Of a stretch of DNA of 64,000 nucleotides, positions 39,546 to 51,524 are shown piece by piece (within the stretch, counting starts at the first letter, position 1; each line of letters begins with the position of its first letter). Origin of the DNA: Trichechus inunguis (lineage: Eukaryota); contig CM102171.1 in assembly GCA_046562895.1 (NCBI GenBank), forward strand, positions 24,279,509 to 24,343,508, given 5' to 3'. Below the pieces are notes generated by a model. It searched no databases. It saw only the letters and a program-made list of their open reading frames with translations, and was not told the origin of the DNA. Position numbers and translations under genes: made by a program.

Positions 39546-39812
39546 CTAGACATATAGAACGTTATTTATTCTCAGACCAATGAGGTAGCCACTATCTTGT
39601 CCATTTTACAGATGAGGAAAGTGAAGCACAGAGGTGAGATATCTTTTCCAAGATGGCAGAAATAGCAGATGGCAAACTGGGATATGAGCAGAGACTGTGT
39701 TTAACCACTATGCTATACCACCTCCCTGGAACAGTCCAGCTTCAGGACCGCTGGATGGGTCTTTCTCCCTTTACCCTCCCTGGTAACATCAGGCCTGTCC
39801 TCATCTCTCAAG

Positions 39813-40057
39813 GTGCGCGCTGTGATTGGAAGCACCTACATGCTGACGCAGGATGAAGTCCTGTGGGAGAAGGAGCTGCCTCCTGGAGTGGAGGAACTGC
39901 TCAACAAGGGACAAGACCCCCTGGCCGACAGGGGTGAGAAGGCAACAGCTAAGGTCCCTAAGCCGTCAGCCCCCCGGAACAAGACCCGTGTGGTCAGCTA
40001 CCGCGTCCCTCACAACGCTGCGGTGCAGGTGTACGACTACCGAGAGAAGAGAGCTCG
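39813..40057 (+). CDS. MVP: MVP coding exon 8
   Basis: Acceptor is tctcaag|GTGCGC. The exon encodes [81 protein letters not shown](R). Donor is CTCG|gtgaga. Confidence 0.88.
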
Positions 40058-40187
40058 GTGAGACGTGAGGCGGCGCGGGGGCGGAGGACCCCGGTGGGGA
40101 AGAGGGGTCGGCCGTGGAGAGAGGGGCGGGGCATGGGGGCGTGGCCACAGAGCTCTCTAGATGTCTTACTCCACGCTCCCTCTGCAG
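40058..40187 (+). other. MVP: MVP intron 8: short 130-bp intron, extremely G-rich on the sense strand (potential G-quadruplex) with CpG cluster
   Basis: gtgagacgtgaggcggcgcgggggcggaggaccccggtggggaagaggggtcggccgtggagagaggggcggggcatgggggcgtggcc... contains at least six runs of GGG or longer. Confidence 0.6.
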
Positions 40188-40385
40188 CGTGGTCTTTGGG
40201 CCCGAGCTGGTGTCACTGGGACCTGAGGAGCAGTTCACGGTGCTGTCCCTCTCGGCCGGGCGGCCTAAGCGTCCCCACTCCCGCCGTGCTCTCTGCCTGT
40301 TGCTGGGGCCTGATTTCTTTACGGATGTCATCACCATCGAGACCGCAGACCACGCCAGGCTGCAACTTCAACTTGCTTACAACTG
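40188..40385 (+). CDS. MVP: MVP coding exon 9
   Basis: Acceptor is ctctgcag|CGTGGTC. The exon encodes (R)[65 protein letters not shown](W). Donor is AACTG|gtaaag. Confidence 0.88.
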
Positions 40386-41010
40386 GTAAAGGGCGCGGGG
40401 GAGGAGTTGGTGAGGGTTTGGGTGCCGTCCCAGGGGAACCCTGAGGATGAGAGATGCCGCCTGCAGTGCTGGGTTCATAATGAGAGTCCAACACCTGACT
40501 TAATACCACGGCCAAAAGGGAAACATGGGGAGTGTATGCAGATCCAGTGTGATGCCCAGGGATACTGGCAGGGATTGAGACTTCAGAGATACAATAGTGG
40601 GACGCTATCCAAGCTAAACTCCCTGCAGGCGTTCAGCCAAACACTTGTTTGCAAGGTTATGAAAAGATTAATTGGAAATAAACTGTGGGAGTGGCCAGTG
40701 TGGGGGAGGGGTGGGCAAGAGCACAGAGAGCTGAGCCCAGCTCTGCCGTTTGCTAACTGAACGTGGACAAGTGACTCAGTGCTCTCCTCAGCTTTCCAAT
40801 CTGTAAAACGAGGATAACAACATTACCTACTTCACAGGGTTGTTGAAAGGGTGCAATGAGAATTAGAACAGTGCCTGGTACATAGTTAGAGCGCAAATGT
40901 TAGGTATTAGAATTAGGGGAGATAAATCACATACAGAAATAATTCTTGACAACTCCCAAGCACATGTTCCTCACCTCTTGGCTAAGTCAGATGGGGTGCT
41001 AACGTATTCA

Positions 41011-41153
41011 GGGATAAGACCTTGGCTGCTAACCAAAAGGTTGGCAGTTTGAATCCACCAGCCACCCCTTGGAAACCTTATGGGGCAGTTCTACTCTGTC
41101 TTATAGGGTCACTATGAGTCAGAATCGACTTGATGGCAATGGGTTATAGTACA
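41011..41153 (+). mobile_element. AfroSINE (5'-truncated), MVP intron 9
   Basis: gggataagaccttggctgctaaccaaaaggttggcagtttgaatccaccagccacccc...ctatgagtcagaatcgacttgatggcaatgggtt. Confidence 0.8.
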
Positions 41154-41177
41154 ATAGTTAAGAACCAAACCAAAACC

Positions 41178-41376
41178 AAACCTACTGCCACTGAGTTGAT
41201 TTTGACTCACAGCAACCCTATAGGACAGAATAGAACTGCACCTTAGGGTTTCTAAGCTGTAAATCTTTACGGAAGCAGACTGCCACTTCTTTCTCCCACA
41301 GAGCAGCTTGTGGATTTGAACCACCAGCCTGTCAATTTGCAGCTGAGCGCTTTAACCACTGTGCCACCGGGGCTCC
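41178..41376 (-). mobile_element. AfroSINE (reverse orientation), MVP intron 9. Together with 41011-41153 it forms an inverted SINE pair with a ~25-bp spacer.
   Basis: aaacctactgccactgagttgattttgactcacagcaaccctataggacagaatagaactgcacc...ctgtcaatttgcagctgagcgctttaaccactgtgccaccggggctccc. Confidence 0.8.
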
Positions 41377-41706
41377 CATAGTTAAGAACACAGACCATGG
41401 GGGAAGAAAAAAAAAAAAGAACACAGACCCTAGAGCCAGACTGCGTGGGTTCAACTTTCTGACTTGCTACAGACTGTGTGACCTTGGGCCAGTCATGTAA
41501 ACTCTCTCAGCTGTAAAGCGGAGCTTATGCTTCTCCCCACCTCACAAGATGGCTATAAGAATTAAGTGAGAGCACACTTAAGTTTCTTGGACTGTGCCTG
41601 GTACCAATTAGCATCCTCTATTGTTAGAGACCCTGTCCAGCAGTGAGTGTTGAGGTACTTCTTGAAGGAAAACAGCTTCTCCTATTCTGGGCCTCTTTGT
41701 TCACAG

Positions 41707-42078
41707 GCACTTTGAGCTGAGTGACCGGAAGGACCCCCAAGAGACAGCCAAGCTCTTCTCAGTGCCCGACTTCGTAGGTGATGCCTGCAAAGCCATCGCA
41801 TCCCGAGTGCGGGGTGCTGTGGCCTCTGTCACCTTTGATGACTTCCATAAGAACTCGGCCCGCATCATCCGCACTGCTGTCTTTGGCTTTGAGACCCTGG
41901 ATGGCAAAGACTTGCCCCAGCCCCGGGACCGGGCTGTCTTCCCCCAAAATGGGCTGGTGGTCAGCAGCGTGGATGTGCAGTCTGTGGAGCCTGTGGACCA
42001 GAGGACTCGGGATGCCCTACAACGCAGTGTCCAGTTGGCCATCGAGATCACCACCAACTCCCAGGAGGCAGCTGCCAA
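41707..42078 (+). CDS. MVP: MVP coding exon 10 (shoulder domain region)
   Basis: Acceptor is ttcacag|GCACTTT. The exon encodes (W)[123 protein letters not shown](K). Donor is GCCAA|gtgagt. Confidence 0.9.
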
Positions 42079-42896
42079 GTGAGTGAGGCTGGGGGTCCAG
42101 CTGCCCACAGTGCCCACTGCAGGCCAGAACTTCTCTCAGGGTCCCTATCTCCATCCCACTGCCAGGACATGAATCACATGGTACCCTTAATGGTCTGCCT
42201 GCTGCAAAGGATCCCTTGTCGACCCAACAGACAATAGATTCAGTGTAATTCAGATGCCACCCCTGCTCCTGTGGTTTCCCACTTGTTCATGATAAAACCC
42301 CAGATCCTTTCTGTGACCTTCCGTGCCCTCTGAGGTCCAGCCCTGCTGCCCTGCCACCTGCCTTCCAGCCTTTTCTCCTAGCTCATATGTTGCAGTCTTT
42401 CTGCTCCTGAATGCAAGCTTGTTCCCACCTTAAGGCCTTTGGCACTGGCTGCTTCCCCTGCTCAGAATGCTACCCCCCCGAACTCTGCAAGGCAGGCTTC
42501 TTCTTTGGCCTCAGCCCAAAGATGACCTCCTTGGAGAGCCTTTTTCTTTCTGCCCCAAGGGAAGCAGTGCCCTTTGCCCAAATGTGCTCTCACAGCACCC
42601 ATTCTACTACCTTCAAGGTACTTCCCACTGTCTGACATTATCTTTGTTTATTCTTGCCCCCACTGGAAGGTAAGTTGTGTGACAGCAGGGTCTCAATCAT
42701 GCTGTGTTCCCCCAGGGCCTAGAATGCACCTGGATGACAGGAAACAGCCACACTGCTCCCTTGTTTGCACCCTGAGGGCCTTACATGGGTGGGGGTCTGG
42801 CCTGGGTAACAGATAGGTTGGTGGTCCCTTCCATTAGAGCTCATGTGCCAGATCTGGCCCCCTGCCAGCATCCTACCTGTCCCCTCTCCTGTCCAG

Positions 42897-43013
42897 GCAT
42901 GAAGCTCAGAGACTAGAGCAAGAAGCCCGAGGCCGGCTTGAGAGGCAGAAGATCTTGGACCAATCAGAAGCTGAAAGAGCTCGCAGGGAACTCTTGGAGC
43001 TGGAGGCTCTGAG
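42897..43013 (+). CDS. MVP: MVP coding exon 11 (cap-helix coiled coil begins)
   Basis: Acceptor is tgtccag|GCATGAA. The exon encodes (K)[38 protein letters not shown](S). Donor is CTGAG|gtacac. Confidence 0.88.
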
Positions 43014-43184
43014 GTACACTGAGAACTAGAGGAGGAAGAGGTTGGTAGGGTACCGAGGGTCTCTGAAAAGCAGCTACTCAGGGAGAAGGGGGCAGGTGAA
43101 AGCTGCTACAGCCTAAATCAAGGCCAGGGAGGAGGACAGGGCTTCTGGCTGGGTCCTGCCTGACGAGGCTGCCTCCTTTTCTAG

Positions 43185-43311
43185 CACGGCTGTGGAGAGC
43201 ACCGGGACAGCCAAGGCAGAGGCTGAGTCCCGCGCAGAGGCGGCACGGATTGAGGGCGAAGGCTCTGTCCTGCAGGCCAAGCTGAAAGCGGAGGCCTTGG
43301 CCATTGAGACG
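43185..43311 (+). CDS. MVP: MVP coding exon 12
   Basis: Acceptor is ttttctag|CACGGCT. The exon encodes (S)[42 protein letters not shown]. Donor is ACG|gtgagt. Confidence 0.9.
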
Positions 43312-44449
43312 GTGAGTGGAGGCGAGGCTGTGGAAGGGGAGGATTTACCGAGTGCCCACTTAGTGCTAGGAGCTGGGTGGGTATTCTTCACCTGTGTTTA
43401 TTAATTTGCACAACAATCTATAAGAGACATGATAGTCTCAAGTAGTTCACAGATAAGGAAACCAAATTTTGGTAAGAGCAGAGTAGTAAACCAGACAGAC
43501 CACCTCCTGCCCTCAAAGAGCTTACTGCTTATACTTATATTGAGCTTTCTATGTGCCAAGCACCTTGAGAATACTATGAGCATGTATTATTTAATCTTCA
43601 CAACAACCCTATGAGGTAAGTACTGTCCTTTGTTGTACAGGAGAGGAAACACAAACTCAAAGGTGAAATGACTTGCCAAAGTCATGTAACTAGTAAGTGC
43701 ATTTAAGTTTGGGAAGTCTGGCTCCAGAGACTTTGCTCTTGACCAGGGTGCTGTACCACTTTCCTGTGCTGCTGGAATGAGCCGAGTCTGACTGAAGAGG
43801 CAGATGAACTTGAGGACGATAAATGCAGTGAAGGGTGCAGGGTGAGGTGGGTTACTGACGAAGACGGTCTGAGATTTTTCTGAGGTGCTCACTTGAAAGA
43901 TGAGTGTCAGTAAGCTCTGAAAAGAGCTAGAGAACACTGCCCAAGTTCACACACAGCTGGGAGGCAGTAAGGCCGTCACTGAAACACTAGCCAGCCTATA
44001 ACCTTGACTTCACCCCTCATATGAAGCTTGCTCTCCAGCTTCCTTGACCTTCCTAGCCACAAAATTTACCTCTGCCCAGTCTGTGTATTCATCCTTCATG
44101 CCCAACCTGGAATGCCTTCCCTCCTAATCCTTGAAGGCCCTCCAAGAAGCCTCCAAGAATTCCAGCCCTTTGATCTTTTCCATCTTTGGACTATTTCTGC
44201 CCCAGTTAGCACCATGTTCTTTGGCACTCAGCTTACACACTCTGGCATTGTCTTAAAGTCTATTTTGTCTGATATTAATATAGCCACCTGCTCTCTTTTG
44301 GCTGCTCTTTGCATTGGAATATTTTTTCCATCCTTTCACCTTCAACCTACCAGTGGGTCTCCTGTAAATAGTATAGTTGGATCATGTTTTCTTGTCCGTT
44401 CTGCCAATCTCTGCCTTTTGATTGCAGAGCTTAATCCATTTATATTAAA

Positions 44450-46330
44450 AGAATTATAAGGAAGGACTTACTTCTGTTTTGCTATTTATTTACTGTGTGT
44501 CTTATACCTTTTTTGTCTCTCATTTCCTTCAATACTGCCTAGTTTTTGTTTACTTGGTTTTCTGTAGTGAGCCTTTTTGATTTCTCTTCTTGTTTCCTTT
44601 CATATATATATTTTAGATATCTCTTTGTAGTTACCATGGGAATTACATTTAACATCCTATGTTTATAACAAACTGGTTTAAATTGATAACTTCAAAAACA
44701 TACAAAACTCTGTTCCTATACTGCTCTTCCTCCCTGCTTTTTAATTGTTGTTATTGTCACAAATTTCATCTTTATACATTGTGTGTCCAGTGACATAGGT
44801 TTATCATTATTTTATGCATTTTTCTTTTAAATTATGTAAGACAAAACAAGTAGAGTTACCATACAAAAATACAATACAACTAACCTTTACATTTACCCAT
44901 TAAATTACCTTTACTGAGATCTTCCTTTTTTTTTAAATCTTCATATGTCTTTGAATTACTATCTAGTGTCCTTTCTTTTCAACATGAAGGACTCCCTTTA
45001 GCATATCTTGAAATAACAAACTCCTTCAGCTCTTGTTTATCTGGGATTGTCTTAATTTTGCCCTCATTTTTGAAAGGTAATTTTGCTGGATATAGAATTC
45101 TTGATTGACAGTTTTGTTTGTTTTTTCCTTTCAACATCTTAAATACGTTCCTCCCACGGCCTTCCAGCTTCTATGGTTTCTGAGGAGAAATGGGCCCTTG
45201 CATGCAATGATTCACTTCTCTCTTGCTGGTCTCAAGAGTCTCCTTTTATCTTTGGTTTTTGACAATTTGATAATAATGTGTCTCAGTGTGTATATCTTTG
45301 GGTTTATCCTCCTTGGAGTTTCTTGAGCTCCTTGGATATGTAGATTCATGTCTTTTGTAAAATTTGGGAAGTTTTCAGCCGTTATTTCCTCAAATAGTCA
45401 TTCTGTTCATTACTCATTACTCCTTCTTGGACTCCCATATAATGTATATATTAGTCATCTTGATGGTGTCCCACAAGTCCCTTAGAACCTCTTCATGTTT
45501 CTTCTTTTTTTCTTTTTGCTCCTCATTCTTGACAATCTTGATTGCCGTACCTTCACTGATTCTTTCGTCTGCCAGCTCAAATCTGTTGCTGAGCCCCCCC
45601 AGTGAATTTTTTATTTCTGTTACTGTAATTTTCAACTTCAGTCTTTCTGTTTGGTTCTTTTTAAAATTTTCTCTCTTTATTGAAATTCTAATTTTTTCCT
45701 GTATCATTTTCCTGATTTTCTTTAGTTCTTTTCCATATTCTCCTTTAGCTCTTTGAGCATATTTAGTATTGTTAAAGTCTTTTACTAGTAAGTCCATTAT
45801 CTGTCCTTCCTCAGGGATGGTTTCTTTCACTTTATTTTGGTCTTTTGCATAGGCCATTCTTTTCTATTTCTTCATATACCTTGTGACTTTTGTTGAAACT
45901 AGGACATTTGACTCATATTGTGGTAACTCTGGAAATCAGCTTCCCCTTCCCTAGGGTTTTGTCTTCTTCTATTGTTATTGTTGTTGGTATTTTAATTGTT
46001 GGAGGCTGTAGTCATCTGGTTCAACACCAGACTCCCTGCCTTAAGGGCTGGCTGTGGCTGCCCCAACATCAGACTTCCTGTCTGGGTACACTGGTTACTG
46101 CAGCTGCTACAAGATTGCTGTGCCATACTGAAGAGGGGATGGTGTATGGACTGAGATGCCCTAAACCTTTGCCTGGTTTCCAGAGTTCTGAGACTGTTGA
46201 GTCCATCAATTTCTGCTTTTTTTTTGGGGGGGGGTTATTGTGGGGAGATGGAAGTGTACCCCTTTTTATACTGCCATCTTGCTCTTCCTTCTGGCATTAT
46301 CTTGTTTTCCAAACATTTAGCTGCCTCCCC
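44450..46330 (-). mobile_element. L1 fragment covering ORF1 and the start of ORF2 (reverse orientation), MVP intron 12
   Basis: Minus ORF 45417-45857 MAYAKDQNKVKETIPEEGQIMDLLVKDFNNTKYAQRAKGEYGKELKKIRKMIQEKIRISIKRENFKKNQTERLKLKITVTEIKNSLGGLSNRFELADERISEGTAIKIVKNEEQKEKKKKHEEVLRDLWDTIKMTNIYIIWESKKE resembles L1 ORF1p (coiled coil; ...RISELEDR...EKRMKRNEDSLRDLWDNIKRTNIRIIGVPE). Flanking + strand text is typical L1 antisense. Confidence 0.7.
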
Positions 46331-46734
46331 TAGTAGCCTTTGAGGGTCCAGAGCATGTCTACTTCTTCAAACTCTTAGCTATCTCCACAGTAGCCTGTGA
46401 GCGTCCAGAAATGTCTACTTCTCTATTCTAAGCCGTGGAGAATGTGTTTGGACCCTAGAAAAAAATTCAGGGCTCCTATATAAGGGCAGATTGACTAAAA
46501 ATCTTTACATGGGAATGATTGATAAGCAACCAAGTTGGGCGCTAGGCTCCTCTCCAGCCCCGATACCTTGTACTATCAGCTTTCACCACATCAGTCTGTC
46601 TTGACTATTTTCACTATAGTCCCTGAAGTCAGGTAGGATACCAAGTAGGCACCCTAATATAAAGTCCTATTCAAGTACTTTGTACTTTCCAAAGTTCTTT
46701 GCCCTGTATCAATTCACTTAATACCTTACGTCAT

Positions 46735-47215
46735 GGATTGAATTATGTCCCCCCAAAAATGTGTGTATCAATTTGGCTGGGCCTTGATTCCTGGTATTGT
46801 GTGATTTTCCTGTATGTTGTAAATCATGCCTCTATGATGTTAATGAGGGAGGATGGGTGGCAGTTGTGTTAGTAAAGTAGGATTCAATCTACCAGATTGG
46901 ATTGTGTCCTGAGGCAATCCCTTGAGACATAAAAGAGAGAAGTAAGCAGAGAGACAGGAGGACCTCATACCACTGAGAAAGCAGTGCCAGGAGCAGAGCG
47001 TGTCCTTTGGACCCAGGGTCCCTGCACACAGAAGCTCCTAGTCTGGGGGAACACTGATGAGAAGGCCAACAGAGAGAGAAAGCCTTCCCCTGGAGCTGAC
47101 ACCCTGAATTTGGACTTTTAGCCTACTTTACTGTAAAGAAATAAACTTCTCTTTGTTAAAACCATACACTTGTGGTATTTCTGTTATAGCAGCACTAGAT
47201 AACTAAGACACCTTC
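46735..47215 (+). mobile_element. MaLR-type solo LTR, copy 2 (sense orientation in MVP intron 12; carries an AATAAA)
   Basis: tcatggattgaattatgtccccccaaaaatgtgtgtatcaatttggctgggccttgattcctgg...gaaataaacttctctttgttaaaaccatacacttgtggtatttctgttatagcagcactagataactaagaca. Confidence 0.6.
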
Positions 47216-47563
47216 CTTGAAGGTAAGGATTATTACACCTATTTAACAGAAAAGTGCTCAAACATTAGCCAGCTTTGTAATAGGTATAGCATATATTTTA
47301 CATGCATGATCTTATTTAATACTTGAACTCCCATCAAAGTAGGCATTATCTCCATTTTACAGATGGGAACCTGAGGGTCACATTAAGAGGCTTCCCATGC
47401 ACCAGCCAAAAGGTGGCATAGCCAGGATTCATGCCTAACTGACTGCAAGTTTAGAACTCCATCCGCTTCACCCGAGTTCTGTTAGTCTTGCAGCTACAGC
47501 AACTTTCTGGGCGTTTTCCAGGAGCCCCACAATTCCACAAATTCTGGATTTTTTCCTTTCCAG

Positions 47564-47752
47564 GAGGCTGAGCTCCAGCGGGTACGGAAAGTGCGGGAGC
47601 TAGAACTAGTCTATGCCCAGGCCCAGCTGGAGCTGGAGGTGAGCAGGGCCCAACAGCTGGGTGAGCTGGAGATAAAGAAGTTCCAGCAGATGACAGAGGC
47701 CCTGGGCCCCAGCACCATCAGGGACCTTGCTGTGGCTGGGCCAGAGATGCAG
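47564..47752 (+). CDS. MVP: MVP coding exon 13
   Basis: Acceptor is cctttccag|GAGGCT. The exon encodes [63 protein letters not shown]. Donor is CAG|gtgaga. Confidence 0.9.
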
Positions 47753-48456
47753 GTGAGAATCAGGGAAGGTAGGAGGGGATGGGTGTTCTTCTTGGGACCA
47801 GACTAGAACTAAGAAAACAGAGCTGAGGAGGCAAACACAACATCTAGAAAGATGTTGGGGCAAGATGAGGTCAGACAGTGATTGAACTGCCCCTATATCA
47901 TGTATTGTGATTCCCGTATCATTTGAGCACCATATCATGCTCAAATACGGTGCTACCCTTATGTGCCAGGCACTGTACTAGACCCGGCACTGAGCTGGAG
48001 TTCATGGAGAGACAGCAAACAGATGGGACAGCATCAGTCTATGACAAGTGCTTCAAAGGAAGTCAGGCAGGGTGGTGAGATGATGTGGGGGCTGGAATTA
48101 GTTTAAGTAAAGTCACTCTGAGACGGAGCCCTTGAGCCGTATGTGGAATCGGGAGGAGTTTCCCACCAGAGAGTCCAAGTGAAAAGACACAGAGAGCACA
48201 AACCTGGTGCACTCAAGGAATGGCAAGGACTCTGGCTGCAACAGAGCAAGCAAAGGGGTGAAATCCTGAGCTGTTGGAGAGGTAGTCCCTCAGGCTTCCC
48301 TTGTGCTGTTCATTTATCACTGACTGATCCTTTCAGGATGGGGTGGCAGACAGCTGCAGGGTCAGACAAGAGTAGATGGAGGCCTGTCCTAGAGAGGCAG
48401 TCACGGAGATGAGGGAAGTGACCCCATCTTCTTACCCTCCTCCTCTCTCCCTCCAG

Positions 48457-48675
48457 GTAAAACTGCTCCAGAGCCTGGGCCTGAAATCAACCCTCATTAC
48501 TGACGGCTCAACTCCCATCAATCTCTTCAACACAGCCTTGGGTCTGCTGGGGGCAGGACCTGAAGTTCACCCCCCAGCCAAGAAGGTGGCTGGTGGTCCC
48601 AGCTCCCAAGAAGGCTTGCTTCTCCAGTGCCCTCCTAACCCACAAGCTCTTGGGAGCGCCCACATTGTGCCTTAG
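48457..48675 (+). CDS. MVP: MVP terminal coding exon, including the TAG stop
   Basis: Acceptor is ccctccag|GTAAAA. The exon encodes [72 protein letters not shown]. An AATAAA follows 19 nt downstream. Confidence 0.9.
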   Translation, partial: VKLLQSLGLKSTLITDGSTPINLFNTALGLLGAGPEVHPPAKKVAGGPSSQEGLLLQCPPNPQALGSAHIVP

Positions 48676-48693
48676 CTCTGTACTGCACTGACA

Positions 48694-48699
48694 AATAAA
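48694..48699 (+). promoter_or_regulatory. MVP: MVP polyadenylation signal AATAAA
   Basis: Canonical hexamer 19 nt after the stop codon. A T-rich stretch follows about 20 nt later. Confidence 0.75.
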
Positions 48700-49349
48700 A
48701 CAGACATTTCTGGGCGTTTAAACCTTTTTTTGTTTCCTTAAGGCAAAAGGGAGCTTAGTGGTGGTGGGGGGGTACCCCTGAAATCTTCAGACAGTTGCAA
48801 GGGACTACTCTCATTTGGAAAGTGGAGAGAAAGCTGAGATAAAGAGAAGACTAACCCAAAGTCACGGTGATAGAAATATGGCCCCAAAGCCTTACCCACC
48901 AAGCCAGACCTGTCCTTTTGATAGGTAGTCAACTTTCCTGGACCTCAGGTGGGGGAGATAATGCCACAGGTGGAAGGATGGGGCCTGCCCACCAGCCCCT
49001 TTGGGATGACTCCTGCACTAGCAACATCTCTTCTCACTGCCAGTTTCTCCTGCTGCCCAGCCTGGCCAGGAAGTCCTCTTGTACGTCTAACCTTCTCGCT
49101 GCCAGTCATCCATCCCCACCTCCCACCCCTAACATTTGGGAGGCTCCCTTTGGCACCACCTGCTGGTCACACCACACACCTGCCAGGCCTGTGCCCCTAG
49201 GCAGCATGCCTGTCCCTCCTCAGTGGGTCTCTCAGGCTGGGGAGGAGGAACTTGCCCAGGGGTATTAGGAACTGGAGTAGCTCTCTGGACTCATGGTCTT
49301 GGCTATTTGGAAGCATGGAGGGAGGAGGGCCCCCTTTCCACCCTCCCCC

Positions 49350-49950
49350 GCAACCAGATGTTGTTAGCTGCTGTGGAGTTGACCCCTAGTCATGGCAACC
49401 CTATGCACAATGGAACCAAATGCTGCCCATCCTGTGCCATCCCTGATTGCTTGCAGATTGGATTGTTGTGATTCATAGGGTTATCACTGGCTTATTATCA
49501 AAAGTAGATCACCAGGCCTTTCTTCCTGGTCCATCTTAGTCTGGAAGCTCTGCTGTACCTGTTCAGCATCATAGCAACACATAAGCCCACACTGACTGAT
49601 GGGTGATGAGGCGCACTAGCCGGTAATCAAACCTGGGTCTTGATTAAATTGTCAAGGGCCTGAGTTGTTGATTAAATCAGCTTTAATGTCACTCTCTTTT
49701 TTTTAATGTTTAAATACATCAGAATCTGCTTTTCTTTGTTTAAATGTTCTTCTTTTTCTTTGCAGTGGAAACATAATTAGTCTTCTGGAGTGATAGTTTT
49801 ATATTTGTCTGATGTAGCTCCTTCTCACTTTTTTTTTTCTGTCCTTTTTCCTCTCTTGGAAAACTTTTAAAGATTAATCAAAAAATTATTCAATTGTTAT
49901 ATATATACACTCCAAGAATATCTAGTTTAGTTAAACAGTCAAAAATGTCT
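49350..49950 (+). repeat. ~0.6-kb composite repeat unit, copy B. It abuts a 5'-truncated L1 ORF2 that starts at ~49945.
   Basis: See copy A. The sequence immediately 3' translates to [48 protein letters not shown] (L1 RT N-terminus). Confidence 0.6.
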
Positions 49951-51480
49951 AAAAGCAGACCAATATACCTAATGAATATAGACACAAAATTATTTAACAG
50001 AATACTAACAAACCAAATAAAAAAACATAGTAAAAGAATTATACACAATGATCAAGTGGGATTTATCTTAGGAATGCAAGGGTGGTTCAATATTTGAAAA
50101 TCAACCAATGTAATACACCATATTAACAGAACAAAAGAAAAGAACCACATGATCATCTCAATAAATGCAGAAAAGGCATTTAACAAAATTCAACACCCTC
50201 TCATGATAAAAAAAAAAAAAAAAACCACTCAACAAAATGGATAGAGGGGAAATTCCTCTATGTAATAAATGACATTCATGAAAAACTTACAGCTAACATT
50301 ATATTTAATGGAGAAAGACTGAGAACGTTCCCGTTAAGATCAGGATCAAGACAAGGATGCCCACGCTCACCACTGCTATTCAGCATCGATCAGCAAGTCC
50401 TAGCCAGAGCAATTAAGTTAGAAGAAAAAAAAGTATCCAAATTGGGAAGAAGGAAGTAAAACTATCTGTTCTCACAGATGACATTATCCTATATATAGAA
50501 CACCCTCACCAAAGAATCCACAATAAAGCTATTAGAAATGGATTCCCCATGGTGGCAGGGTACAAGGTCAAACTCAAAAATCCATTGGGTTTTTATATAT
50601 GAGCAATGAGTAAGCAGAAAAAGAAATTAAGGAAACATTACCATTTACAATATCATTTAAAAGAATGAAGTACCTAGGAATAAATTTAACCAGGAAGGTG
50701 AAAGATTTGTACACAGAAAACTATAAAACATTACTAAAATAAAGAAGACCTAAATAAATGGAAGGACATTTCACATCCATGGATTGGAGGACTTAATATA
50801 CTTAACATGTGAATACTACCCAAAGCAATCTATAATTCAATGTAATCCCCATTAAAATTCCAACAGCTTTCTTGACATAAATGTAAACACTAATCTTCAA
50901 TTTTATGTGGAAGGGCAAGGGACCCCAAATAGCTAAAGGAATCTTGAAGAAGAGGAATAAAGTAGGAGGACTCACACTCCGACTTCAAAACATACTATAA
51001 AGCTACAGTAATTAAAACAGCCTGGTACTGGTACAACAATAGACATGTAACCCGTTGCCATTGAGTTGATTCCAACTCATAGTGATCCTGCAGGACAGAG
51101 TAGAACTGCCCCATAGGGTTTCCGAGGAGCAACTGGTGGATTCGAGCTCTCAACTACTGTTTCACCAGGGCTCCAACAGACATATACACCAATGGAATAG
51201 ACTTGAGAGTCCAGAAATAAATCCATACATCTATGTTAACTGATTTTCAACAAAGGTGTTAAACCCACCCAATGGGGAAGGAAAAGTATCTTTGATAAAT
51301 GGTGCTGGGAAAATCAGAACGAATTAGGATCCAACCCTCATACCACACACAAAACCAATTCAAAATGGATTAAGGACCTAAATGTGAAAAGTAAAACCAT
51401 AAAATTCTTAGAAGGAAATGTAAGGGTGAAGCTGTGGGACCCAGGTTTTTGTGATGGGCTATCAGATATGACAACAAAAC
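49945..51480 (+). mobile_element. L1 ORF2 (RT domain) fragment, frameshifted, with a nested short AfroSINE at 51051-51174 (-)
   Basis: ORF 49894-50097 ...[49 protein letters not shown]. Later frames give ..[17 protein letters not shown].., ..GSRQGCPRSPLLFSID.. and ..[26 protein letters not shown].., typical L1 ORF2p. Confidence 0.75.
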
Positions 51481-51524
51481 ACAAGTAGCAAAAAAACAAA
51501 ACAAAACAGAAAAACCCCAAAACC

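Larger units (their letters stand above)
29108..48699 (+). other. MVP: MVP gene, coding part. Acceptor of the ATG-containing exon at 29108 through the poly(A) signal; 14 coding exons. Any 5' non-coding exon lies further upstream and is not resolved.
   Basis: The exon translations concatenate to [163 protein letters not shown]...[72 protein letters not shown]. This is near-identical in order to human and rat major vault protein as I remember it. All introns are GT..AG and the phases are consistent. Total 2658 nt, giving about 885 aa. Confidence 0.9.
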
